The notes under the pieces: generated by a model
What the model was told of the DNA's origin: nothing
The model's database searches: none
The model's input: only the letters and a program-made list of their open reading frames with translations
In this document: in pieces, positions 29,443 to 37,790 of the stretch
Numbering within the stretch: the stretch's first letter is position 1
Layout: every line of letters begins with the position of its first letter
Assembly (NCBI GenBank): GCA_963743395.1
Contig: CAVUPV010000006.1
Location: 71,491-135,490, forward strand
Length of the DNA: 64,000 nt
DNA from: an uncultured Alphaproteobacteria bacterium
Lineage (GTDB): Bacteria > Pseudomonadota > Alphaproteobacteria > Rhizobiales > Xanthobacteraceae
Direction: 5' to 3'
Position numbers and translations under genes: made by a program

Positions 29443-30168
29443 TTGAATCGGGGCGATGTTCGAAGGGATGACCGTTTGACGATTGCCTACAGCGAAAATG
29501 CGGCTGGATTTTCGGCGAAGTCGCGCGGCGAATTCGATCGCGTCTATCGCGCGGCGCTGCGCCACAGCCGCTACGTGCGGCTCCTTCGCATCGGCGTCCC
29601 CGTTGGCCTCGCCGCGCTCCTGCTCACCATCGCCGGCATCAACTACATGCCGCCGATCGGCGGCTTCCGGCTGCCGGGCGAACTTGGCAATCTCGTCATT
29701 CACGGCACCAAGATCACCATGCAGTCGCCGCACCTGTCCGGCTTCACCGTCGATTCACGGGCCTACGAATTCTCCGCCGACGCCGCGGCGCAGGACATCA
29801 CCAAGCCTAATCTGGTCGAACTGCATCAGCTTCGCGCCAAGATGGAAATGCAAGACAAAAACACGGTGGAAATGTCGGCCGACTCCGGCATCTACGACAT
29901 CAAGACGGAAATGCTGACGCTCAACGACAATATCGAATTGCAGTCGTCGAGCGGCTATGCCGGCCAGCTCGACGAAGCCGTGATCGATGTGAAGAAGGGC
30001 AATGTCGTATCCGACAAGCCGGTCTGGGTGAAGATGCTCGACGGTTTCCTCAATGCCCAGCGCCTCGACATCATCGACAACGGCAGCGTGGTCCGCTTCA
30101 GCGGCGTGACGATGACACTCGAGCCCAAACCGTCCGCAAGCGACAAAGCCAAGACGAGCGACCAATGA
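29443..30168 (+). CDS. lptC: LPS export system protein LptC
   Basis: N-terminal TM anchor (VRLLRIGVPVGLAALLLTIAG) plus a beta-jellyroll-like region. Placed by position immediately upstream of, and overlapping, lptA. The start codon (TTG at 29443) is uncertain. Confidence 0.75.
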   Translation: MNRGDVRRDDRLTIAYSENAAGFSAKSRGEFDRVYRAALRHSRYVRLLRIGVPVGLAALLLTIAGINYMPPIGGFRLPGELGNLVIHGTKITMQSPHLSGFTVDSRAYEFSADAAAQDITKPNLVELHQLRAKMEMQDKNTVEMSADSGIYDIKTEMLTLNDNIELQSSSGYAGQLDEAVIDVKKGNVVSDKPVWVKMLDGFLNAQRLDIIDNGSVVRFSGVTMTLEPKPSASDKAKTSDQ

Positions 30169-30818
30169 CGCAGCTTCTGTGCATTTGCGCCGCGCTCTTG
30201 GCGCTCGGTGTGGTTCCGGCGTGGGCGCAAACGCCGCCGGGCGGTGCGCCGAACCCGCTCGGCATCAACGAGAAATCGGATCAACCGGTCCAGATCGAGG
30301 CGGCGACCCTGGAAGTGCGCGACAAGAACAAGGCGGCGACGTTTTCCGGCAATGTGCAGGTCGTGCAGGGCGACACCACGATGAAGTGTCAGAGCCTCGT
30401 TGTGTTTTACGGCCAGGAAGTCGGGCTCGGCGCCGACGGCACGCCCGTTGCCACTACCGCCAAATCGACGCCCGGCATGCCGCAGGGCGCGCAGAATATC
30501 CGCCGCATCGAAGCTCGCGGCGGCGTCACCGTCATCACCAAGGATCAGAACGCCAGCGGCGATCTCGGCGTCTACGATCTCAAGACCAAAACCATCACCT
30601 TGAGCGGCAATGTCGTGGTCAGTCAGGGACAGAATGTCATCCATGGCGAGCGGGTCGTGGTCGACACGACGACCGGCTACGCGCGCGTCGAATCGGGCAG
30701 CACGCCCGGCACTTCCGGCGCGGCGGGTCCGGGGCGGGTGCGCGCGCTGATCCAGCCGAGCAAGGGCCAAGGCGGCGGTTCGAATTTCATGACGCTCGGC
30801 CCGGGCAAGACCAATTGA
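30165..30818 (+). CDS. lptA: LPS transport periplasmic protein LptA (OstA-like)
   Basis: ATGA overlap with the lptC stop. Signal peptide MTQLLCICAALLALGVVPAWAQ. OstA-type repeats: IEAATLEVRDKNKAATFSGNVQVVQGDTTM..ITLSGNVVVSQGQNVIHGERV. Confidence 0.85.
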   Translation: MTQLLCICAALLALGVVPAWAQTPPGGAPNPLGINEKSDQPVQIEAATLEVRDKNKAATFSGNVQVVQGDTTMKCQSLVVFYGQEVGLGADGTPVATTAKSTPGMPQGAQNIRRIEARGGVTVITKDQNASGDLGVYDLKTKTITLSGNVVVSQGQNVIHGERVVVDTTTGYARVESGSTPGTSGAAGPGRVRALIQPSKGQGGGSNFMTLGPGKTN

Positions 30819-30926
30819 CCCGCTTTTCGGCCGCCCGGCGTTGCCACATCGGGCCGGAAAATCGGCTAGCATCCGCGCGCTAGGCACAGTTCAACAGCGA
30901 TTCGACAAACGCTTTCCGAGACCGGC

Positions 30927-32054
30927 TTGCCAGACATTTTTTCATATTTTCGCCGCCGCGCGACAGGGGTGAGCCGAAAGCCGGGTCGCCGCTCCCGGGC
31001 AGTGCCCGCGCCGATCGACGATCAGGAGGCGATCGATCTCGCCAGCATGGGCGGCGTCATCAGCACGGTCTATCTCGACATCGCGAGCGTGCCGCCGCGC
31101 GCCCCCGTCCCCGCGCCGGTGGAGAAACCGCGTGGCAAGGTTTTGCCTGCGCCGTCGCCAGTGCCGCTGTCGCCGCCCGTCGTCGCCTCACCGCCGGTTG
31201 CGCCGCCGGCAAGCGCGACGCCACTGCAATCGCGGATGCCGCGTCAGCCTCCCGCGGCGAACGGGCCGCGGCCGGCGCCGGCTCCACCGCCGCGTCGCCG
31301 CACCGATGGCAATGGCGCGGCGTCCGACCGTCAGGGTCTCCTCGCCGTGCATAACGTCGAGAAGAGCTTTGTCGGCAACAAAGTCGTCAAGGGCGTCAGC
31401 CTTTATGTGCGTAAGGGAGAGGCCGTCGGCCTGCTCGGCCCTAACGGCGCCGGCAAGACCACGGTTTTCTATATGATCACCGGCTTGATCAAAGCCGACC
31501 GCGGCCGCGTCGAGCTCGACGGCCACGATGTGACGAAATTGCCGATGTACCAGCGCGCCCGGCTCGGCATCGGCTATCTGCCGCAGGAGGCCTCGATTTT
31601 CCGTGGGTTGTCGGTCGAGCAAAATATCCGCGCGGTGCTTGAAGTGGTCGAGCCCAGTTCGCGGCGGCGCGAGCAGGATCTCGACGCGCTGCTCGAAGAG
31701 TTCAACATAGCCCGCTTGCGCAAGACGCCGGCGATCGCGCTGTCCGGCGGCGAGCGCCGCCGCGTCGAAATCGCCCGCGCGCTGGCGACACGGCCTAATT
31801 ACATGCTGCTCGACGAGCCGTTCGCCGGCATCGACCCGATCGCGGTCGGCGACATCCAGTCGCTGGTCCGGCATTTGACCAATCGCGGCATCGGCGTGCT
31901 CATCACCGACCATAATGTGCGCGAAACCCTTGGCCTCACGGATCGCGCATACATCATCTATTCGGGTGAAGTGCTGATGGAGGGCCGCGCCGACGATATC
32001 GTCAATAACCCGGAGGTGCGGCGGCTCTATCTAGGGGAGGAATTCCGTCTTTAA
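30927..32054 (+). CDS. lptB: LPS export ABC transporter ATP-binding protein LptB with a Pro/Ala-rich N-terminal extension
   Basis: The LptB core begins about aa 137 (LLAVHNVEKSFVGNKVVKGVSLYVRKGEAVGLLGPNGAGKTT .. LSGGERRRVEIARAL .. LLDEPFAGIDP). No start codon lies adjacent to the core. Candidate starts are TTG 30927, an ATG near 31047 and ATG 31236. Confidence 0.9.
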   Translation: MPDIFSYFRRRATGVSRKPGRRSRAVPAPIDDQEAIDLASMGGVISTVYLDIASVPPRAPVPAPVEKPRGKVLPAPSPVPLSPPVVASPPVAPPASATPLQSRMPRQPPAANGPRPAPAPPPRRRTDGNGAASDRQGLLAVHNVEKSFVGNKVVKGVSLYVRKGEAVGLLGPNGAGKTTVFYMITGLIKADRGRVELDGHDVTKLPMYQRARLGIGYLPQEASIFRGLSVEQNIRAVLEVVEPSSRRREQDLDALLEEFNIARLRKTPAIALSGGERRRVEIARALATRPNYMLLDEPFAGIDPIAVGDIQSLVRHLTNRGIGVLITDHNVRETLGLTDRAYIIYSGEVLMEGRADDIVNNPEVRRLYLGEEFRL

Positions 32055-32159
32055 GCACGGAATTTAATCCTTAACAAATTCGGCTGGCGACACAGCAAGC
32101 AATTTGCTGTAATGGAACAAGCAAGAATCGGACCAATTTGGCCAGCTCCGACGGGATTA

Positions 32160-33684
32160 ATGGCGCTTACCCAACGACTTCTAATCCGGCAGAGCCAGGC
32201 GTTGGTCATGACGCCGCAGCTGATGCAAGCCATCAAGTTGCTGCAGCTCTCCAATCTCGATCTGGTCGCCTATGTCGAAGCCGAACTCGAGCGCAATCCC
32301 CTGCTCGATCGCGGCGCCGACGCAGAGCCACCGCCGGCCGAGGCCACCGGCACCCAGTCACCGGACAAGCCGGAGATCGACGGCGAGGCGCTCAACGGCC
32401 ATGAATTCGAGGGCAACGCCCCGGCCAAAGACGACCGCATCGACAACCGCCTCGACGACACTTCGCCCGACGAGAACGAGTTCGATCCGGCCGCGGACCT
32501 CGGAGACGCCGGCCGGATATTCGGAATGGGCCGGCACCGGCTCGGGCGGCCGCGAAGACGGAGATTATAATCTCGAAGCGTTCGTTTCCGCCGAAACCAC
32601 GCTCGCCGACTGGCTGCGCGAGCAGCTTACGCTCGCCATCGCCGATCCGGTGCGGCGCCTGATCGGCCAATACCTGATCGATCTGGTCGACGAATCCGGC
32701 TACCTGAGCGGCGATCTCGCCGCGGCGGCGGAACGGCTCGGCACCGGCGTCGCCGAGATCGAGAGCGTCCTCGCCATCTTGCAGACGTTCGATCCGCCCG
32801 GCATCTGCGCCCGCGATCTTGCCGAATGCCTGGCGATCCAGCTCAAGGAGCACAACCGCTACGATCCGGCGATGGCGGCGCTGATCGCGCGGCTCGATCT
32901 ATTGGGCCGGCGCGATTTCGCGCAGCTGAAGAAAATCTGCGGCGTCGGCGACGAGGATCTCGCCGACATGGTCGCGGAAATCCGCCGGCTCAATCCCAAG
33001 CCGGGTCTCGCTTTCGGCTCGGCGATCGTGCAGCCGATCGTCCCGGACGTGTTCGTGCGGCCGGCGCCGGACGGCGCCTGGCTGGTCGAGCTCAACTCCG
33101 ACACGCTGCCGAAGGTGCTGGTCAATCAGAGTTATTTTTCCGAGGTTTCGGCCACCGCGCGGCGCGACACCGATAAGTCATATCTCGCCGAATGCCTGCA
33201 GAGCGCCACTTGGCTGGTTCGCGCGCTCGATCAGCGCGCCCGCACCATTCTCAAAGTCGCCAACGAGATCGTCCGTCAGCAGGATGGATTTTTCGCCTGT
33301 GGCGTCGAGCACTTGCGCCCGCTCAATCTCAAGACCGTGGCCGAAGCCATCAGCATGCACGAATTGACGGTGTCGCGCGTCACCGCCAACAAATACATGG
33401 CGACAAGCCGCGGCATTTTCGAACTCAAATATTTCTTTACCTCGGCGATCGCGGCCGCACATGGCGGCGAGGCGCATTCTGCCGAAGCGGTGCGGCACCG
33501 CATCAAGCAGTTGATCGACGCCGAAAGCCCGGCCGATGTGTTGTCCGACGACACCATCGTCGAGCGGCTGCGCGCGGCCGGCATCGACATCGCGCGCCGC
33601 ACGGTGGCGAAATACCGCGAGGCGATGCGGATTCCGTCTTCGGTGCAGCGACGGCGGGAAAAACAGGCCGCGGTGGCGAACTAG
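32160..33684 (+). pseudogene. rpoN: RNA polymerase sigma-54 factor, frameshifted in the acidic region II
   Basis: Region I (MALTQRLLIRQSQALVMTPQLMQAIKLLQLSNLDL) is in frame 3 and stops at 32570. The remainder (GYSEWAGTGSGGREDGDYNLEAFVS ... ARRTVAKYREAMRIPSS RpoN box) is in frame 1. The switch is within gacgccggccggatattcgg, near 32505-32520. Confidence 0.85.
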
Positions 33685-33759
33685 CGTCGCGTTGACTCCG
33701 CGCCGGCCGATACTTAACTCCAGAAAAGCGGCTACTATTTGCATAGTTAAGAGGCTGCC

Positions 33760-34086
33760 ATGTCGTTTAGCGGGTCAGGGTTGTTTCGTGTCTCCGGGCA
33801 GAATCTCGAAGTCGGCGAGGCTTTGCGCGAGCGCATCAGCGAACGCATCGCCGAAACGTTGAGCAAGTATTTTGACGGCGGCTATTCCGGCCATGCCACG
33901 CTGACGCGGGACGGCTTTGCGTTCCGCACCGAATGCGTCATTCATCTCGATTCCAAAGTGGTGCTGCGCGCCGAGGGCGAGGCGGCCGATGCCTATCTCA
34001 GCGCCGATCAGGCGGTGACGCACATGGAAAAACAGCTCCGTCGCTATCATCGCCGCAGCAAGGATTACCGGGCGGATGCCCATTGA
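33760..34086 (+). CDS. hpf: ribosome hibernation promoting factor / sigma-54 modulation protein (short HPF/RaiA)
   Basis: AAGAGG RBS. Sequence: RVSGQNLEVGEALRERISERI..GHATLTRDGFAFRTECVIHL..AYLSADQAVTHMEKQLRRYHRR. Position is conserved after rpoN. Confidence 0.85.
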   Translation: MSFSGSGLFRVSGQNLEVGEALRERISERIAETLSKYFDGGYSGHATLTRDGFAFRTECVIHLDSKVVLRAEGEAADAYLSADQAVTHMEKQLRRYHRRSKDYRADAH

Positions 34087-34222
34087 CGCAGGTGCCCCGT
34101 CTCCCTATGGTCCGCCGCCTTCGAGCACGATCCTGACAGATGAGTCACCGGTTTCCGGCGCAGATCATGTTCCAATAGCCAACGATGTTTAGGCAATAAG
34201 CCTCGCTCCCCAGGTTCCATTC

Positions 34223-34684
34223 ATGCCGCTTACCGATCTGGTCGCGCCCAACGCGATCCTCCCGGCACTCAAGGTCAACAGCAAGAAGCAAGTGCTTCAC
34301 GAGCTTGCTGCGCGCGCGGCCGTGCTGAGCGGTCAGAACGAGCGGGCGATCTTCGACATCCTGTCGCAGCGCGAAAAACTCGGCTCGACCGCGATCGGCA
34401 ACGGCATCGCCATTCCGCACGGCAAGATGGCCGGCCTGACGCGGCTGTTCGGACTGTTTGCCCGGCTCGAACGGCCGGTCGATTTCGAAGCGCTCGACAA
34501 TCAGCCGGTCGATCTGGTCTTTCTGCTACTCGCTCCGGCGGGCGCCGGCGCCGATCATCTCAAAGCGCTCGCCCGCATCGCGCGGCTGCTGCGCGATCCC
34601 ACCGTGACGCATAAATTGCGCGGCTCGCATGATGCCGAATCGCTCTACGCGGTGCTGGCCATGCCGTCAGCCAGCGCGGCATAA
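34223..34684 (+). CDS. ptsN: PTS IIA-like nitrogen regulatory protein PtsN
   Basis: Sequence: LKVNSKKQVLHELA..REKLGSTAIGNGIAIPHGK (phospho-His motif)..VDLVFLLLAP. Synteny is conserved. Confidence 0.9.
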   Translation: MPLTDLVAPNAILPALKVNSKKQVLHELAARAAVLSGQNERAIFDILSQREKLGSTAIGNGIAIPHGKMAGLTRLFGLFARLERPVDFEALDNQPVDLVFLLLAPAGAGADHLKALARIARLLRDPTVTHKLRGSHDAESLYAVLAMPSASAA

Positions 34685-34717
34685 CGGCGGCCGGTAAACA
34701 GTGGTCAGTAATCAGAT

Positions 34718-34756
34718 CAAATAAAACGGGGCCCGCGAGAGCATCGCCGGCCCCGT
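34718..34756 (-). terminator. Rho-independent terminator of the hsp20-DUF1150 operon (hairpin may also serve ptsN)
   Basis: The minus strand reads ACGGGGCCGG-cgatgctctcgc-GGGCCCCGT followed by TTTTATTT. It is nested inside longer TCAGTAATCAGAT/ATCTGATTACCGA inverted repeats (34705-34782). Confidence 0.55.
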
Positions 34757-34789
34757 TCCGATTACTGAAATCTGATTACCGACTCTTGC

Positions 34790-35062
34790 TCAGTGCACGC
34801 TCACCGTCTCGAGCTCCTGGCTCCAGGCATTGGCGATGGCCGCTTCGCGGCTGTCGGTCAGCATGATCGGCGTGCCGTCGGCGGCATGCAGCGCAAAAAG
34901 CTTTTGGCCGGGCGCAATCTGCGGCATCTGCGCTTGCGGAAATAGCGCGCGGACGTCTTCGGAACGGATCGTCTTCACATAGGCAATCTGGCCGTCGCCA
35001 AGATGGGCGAGCGCTTCCAGCGATATATCCAATTTCGGATCGGTTCGGTTCATCTCATTCAT
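34790..35062 (-). CDS. DUF1150 family protein
   Basis: 90 aa: LAHLGDGQIAYVKTIRSEDVRALFPQ..LFALHAADGTPIMLTDSREAAIANAW. Typical DUF1150, and its usual position downstream of hsp20. Confidence 0.8.
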   Translation of the reverse strand: MNEMNRTDPKLDISLEALAHLGDGQIAYVKTIRSEDVRALFPQAQMPQIAPGQKLFALHAADGTPIMLTDSREAAIANAWSQELETVSVH

Positions 35063-35113
35063 GGCCCTCGACTCCTCTCTCTCTGTCTGATCTGGTCGAG
35101 TCCTACTGGTTTC

Positions 35114-35539
35114 TTAATCGCACTCTTTGATTGAGATCGATTTAACGATGCGGTCCGGCTGCGGGCGCACGAGATCGATCGACAACAATCCGTTCTTCAG
35201 GTCCGCGCCGGATACCTCCATGCCGTCCGCCAGCACGAAAGTGCGCTGGAATTGGCGCGCGGCAATGCCGCGATGGATGTATTCCCGGCTTTTGTCGTCC
35301 GTTTGGCGACCGCGAATAACAAGCTGGCTCTCCTCTACCGTGACATCGAGTTGGTCGCGGGTGAAACCCGCCACCGCCAGGGTAATGCGCAGGCGTTCGG
35401 GGCTGTTCCCTTCCCGCGGAACGCGCTCGATATTGTAGGGGGGATATCCGTCCGCGGCCTTGCCGACCCGATCGAGCACGCGCTCGATCTCGTCGAAGCC
35501 AAGCAGGAAGGGACTGGAAAGCGACGAAACCCTGGACAT
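35114..35539 (-). CDS. Hsp20/alpha-crystallin small heat-shock protein (IbpA-like)
   Basis: Sequence: YPPYNIERV..RITLAVAGFTRDQLDVTVEESQLVIRG..YIHRGIAARQFQRTFVLADGMEV..NGLLSIDL. Confidence 0.9.
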   Translation of the reverse strand: MSRVSSLSSPFLLGFDEIERVLDRVGKAADGYPPYNIERVPREGNSPERLRITLAVAGFTRDQLDVTVEESQLVIRGRQTDDKSREYIHRGIAARQFQRTFVLADGMEVSGADLKNGLLSIDLVRPQPDRIVKSISIKECD

Positions 35540-35622
35540 GGTTTCAAAGCCCTTGATTAAAGCGACTTTGCGGAGCCCCTACGGCACCCCGATGATCGCG
35601 CGGAATATCCGCTCGACCGGGC

Positions 35623-35653
35623 TAATATGGTGTTGAAAAGCAAGGGGTTCAAG
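35623..35653 (-). promoter_or_regulatory. candidate sigma-32-type promoter for hsp20
   Basis: The minus strand reads CTTGAA-N15-caCCATATTA (compare CTTGAA-N13-17-CCCCATNT). It lies about 84 nt upstream of the hsp20 ATG. Confidence 0.3.
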
Positions 35654-35682
35654 CAAGCCGAAAGCGGGCTACCGCCGCCTGT

Positions 35683-36330
35683 TCAGGGCAACTTCAACGG
35701 TCCCGGCATGGCGCGCTCGGCTTCGGCGATGAGCTGCCCCTCGTGCCGGTTCACAAAAACACCGCCGACGACGAAGCCGACGACGGTGATCGCCAGCAGG
35801 ATGATCACGATCGGACCTTCGAGGCGCTCGAATTCTCGCCCGAGCGCATAAGCCGCATAGCCGTAGGCCACCGCCCAGGCGAATGAGCCGACGACATTGG
35901 CAACCAGAAAATCGCGCCACGGCATCACATTGCCGCCAGCGAAGATTCCGGCGAACGTCCGCAATACCGGGACGAACTGGGCGAGAAAGACGATTTTGCC
36001 GCCGTGGCGCAAAAACAGATATTGACCGAGTTTGATCCGGGCTTGCGTCATGCCGACGTAATTGCCGTAGCGCAGCAACAGCCAATAGCCAAACTCGCGG
36101 CCGATCACATAGCCGATCATGCGGCCGACAATCGCCGCGCCCGCACCGGTCAGGATGACTGAGACGATGCTGATATCGTGCTTGGTTCCCGCATAGATCG
36201 CTGCACCGAGCAGCACGGTCTCTCCAGGTAACGGGATGCCGACGCATTCCAGCCCGATAATGACGGCGACTGTAATGAGTCCGTAGTCGTGAATGAGATG
36301 TTGAATGAGGTGCATGCCGGCCGCTACCAA
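35683..36330 (-). CDS. DedA family inner-membrane protein
   Basis: Sequence: YGLITVAVIIGLECVGIPLPGETVLL..RFVPVLRTFAGIFAG, typical of the DedA/SNARE-associated family. Confidence 0.85.
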   Translation of the reverse strand: MVAAGMHLIQHLIHDYGLITVAVIIGLECVGIPLPGETVLLGAAIYAGTKHDISIVSVILTGAGAAIVGRMIGYVIGREFGYWLLLRYGNYVGMTQARIKLGQYLFLRHGGKIVFLAQFVPVLRTFAGIFAGGNVMPWRDFLVANVVGSFAWAVAYGYAAYALGREFERLEGPIVIILLAITVVGFVVGGVFVNRHEGQLIAEAERAMPGPLKLP

Positions 36331-36412
36331 ACACCACTCAGTTATACATATTCCGCCCTAAAGATAATGCCTTGACTTTCCAACGGCATTTCATAACGCA
36401 ATTGTGTCCGCG

Positions 36413-37647
36413 TCACTCCACCGCATTCGCCGAATTCAGACTGTCGATCAGCGATGACCGATAGAGAAATTTCTTGTGCAGCGCGATGTCCTCGGACGTG
36501 CGCCGCAACTCGTCCAAATGTTGGCGGCGCACCACCGGGTCCTTTTCCTCCAGCGTCTTCTTGTTCGCAATCGATTGCGCCTGCACGTAGTCGATCTGCG
36601 CCTTGCGGCGCTGCCGCGTATAGCGGTCGAACACGCTTTGCTCGGCGCGTCCGGACCAGACGGCGGCGAGCTTTTCGGCGAGATTGACGGCGTCGTGGAT
36701 GCCGCCGTTCATGCCCATGCCGCCGATCGGATTGTTGACATGGGCGGCATCGCCGGCGAGCAGCACGCGGCCCTTGTTGAAAGTGGCGGCGACACGCTGA
36801 TGGACACCATAAAGCGCGTGATACGGGATATCGAAGTCGCCAGCTCTTGTCATGGATGCGGTGCAGCCGGCGCTGGATCGCGGCCATGCTCAGCGCCTGT
36901 TCGTCGGATTCATCCGGCCGGCACCGGCATGATGGCGCGCCAGATGCCGGGCGGACCGTTGCCTTTGACCTTGAACATGTTGAGCCATTCGTCCGGATCG
37001 GAGAAATAACTGCGGGTGCAATAGTCTTTGCCGGCGGCCGCGAAATCGAAACTGGTGGCGATCTTGATGAAACGCTCCTCCCAGGTGAATCCCTCGAATT
37101 CGATCGCGCCCAGTCTGCGCACCATGCTGCGGCCGCCGTCGGCGCCGATGACATAGGCGCCGCGCAGTTCTTCCGTCTCGCCCTCCGCGACGACGGTGAC
37201 GTCAACGTAATCCGAATGTTGCACGAGCGCGGTGAGTTTGGTGGAAAAGCGTATTTCGGCAAGGCCGCTGGCGGCGATCAGCGGCAGCACGGCGCGCACC
37301 AGCTTGTACTGCTCCCATTGCAGCACAAACGGATACGGCACTTCGCCTTCGAGCAGGCGAATGTCGAACGCGGCGACAAGCTGGTCGCTGGCGCGGTCGC
37401 GAATATGAAAGACCGGCGCTTGAAAGCCGCCGGATGCATCCGCGGCGAAAGCCTGCTCTTTGAGGCCTAGCTCGGCGAGCATTTCCAGCGTCGGCGCATG
37501 GAGGGTCGCGGCGCGCTGATCCTCGACCGGCTCCGGTTCGGCTTCGACGAGCAAAACCGGGATGCCCCGGCGAACCAGCGCGAGCACCGCGATCGTGCCG
37601 ACCGGCCCCGCCCCGGCCACGATCACCCGCTTTTCAGGCTGCGCCAT
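36413..37647 (-). pseudogene. FAD-dependent aromatic-ring monooxygenase (PHBH fold), two frameshifts
   Basis: The N-terminal part (MAQPEKRVIVAGAGPVG..GADGGRSMVRR..WRAIMPVPAG) stops at 36910. The middle piece (DESDEQALSMAAIQRRLHRIH) is in a second frame. The C-terminal part (GDFDIPYHALYGVHQRVAATFNKGRVLLAGDAAHVNNPIGGMGMNGG) is in a third frame (36413..36853). Confidence 0.8.
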
Positions 37648-37680
37648 CGTCAACCCGGATTCCCGCAACCGCACACTTCA

Positions 37681-37716
37681 AGGGTCAAGCCCGTGGCCAG
37701 GGTAAAGCCTGTCGCC
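37681..37716. promoter_or_regulatory. two tandem 18-bp direct repeats in a divergent promoter region
   Basis: AGGGTCAAGCCCGTGGCC / AGGGTAAAGCCTGTCGCC (14/18 identical), between the monooxygenase pseudogene (-) and the dioxygenase gene (+). Confidence 0.3.
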
Positions 37717-37790
37717 TTGTTGTTATACCCCGCGCGCGATACTTTTACGGCGAGGACACAAGGCGGAGCTGCCAGCAAGAAAGATTTGCC

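Noticed and set aside
32495-32525. Programmed ribosomal frameshifting as an explanation for the split rpoN (and likewise for cobT at about 60885).
   Set aside because: There is no slippery heptamer (X XXY YYZ), no stimulatory SD or pseudoknot, and no precedent I know of for these genes. An indel is the simpler explanation.
35540-35622. Canonical ROSE RNA thermometer upstream of hsp20.
   Set aside because: I could not find the conserved U(U/C)GCU anti-SD/bulged-G hairpin by eye. It is left as an open, low-confidence possibility rather than a feature.
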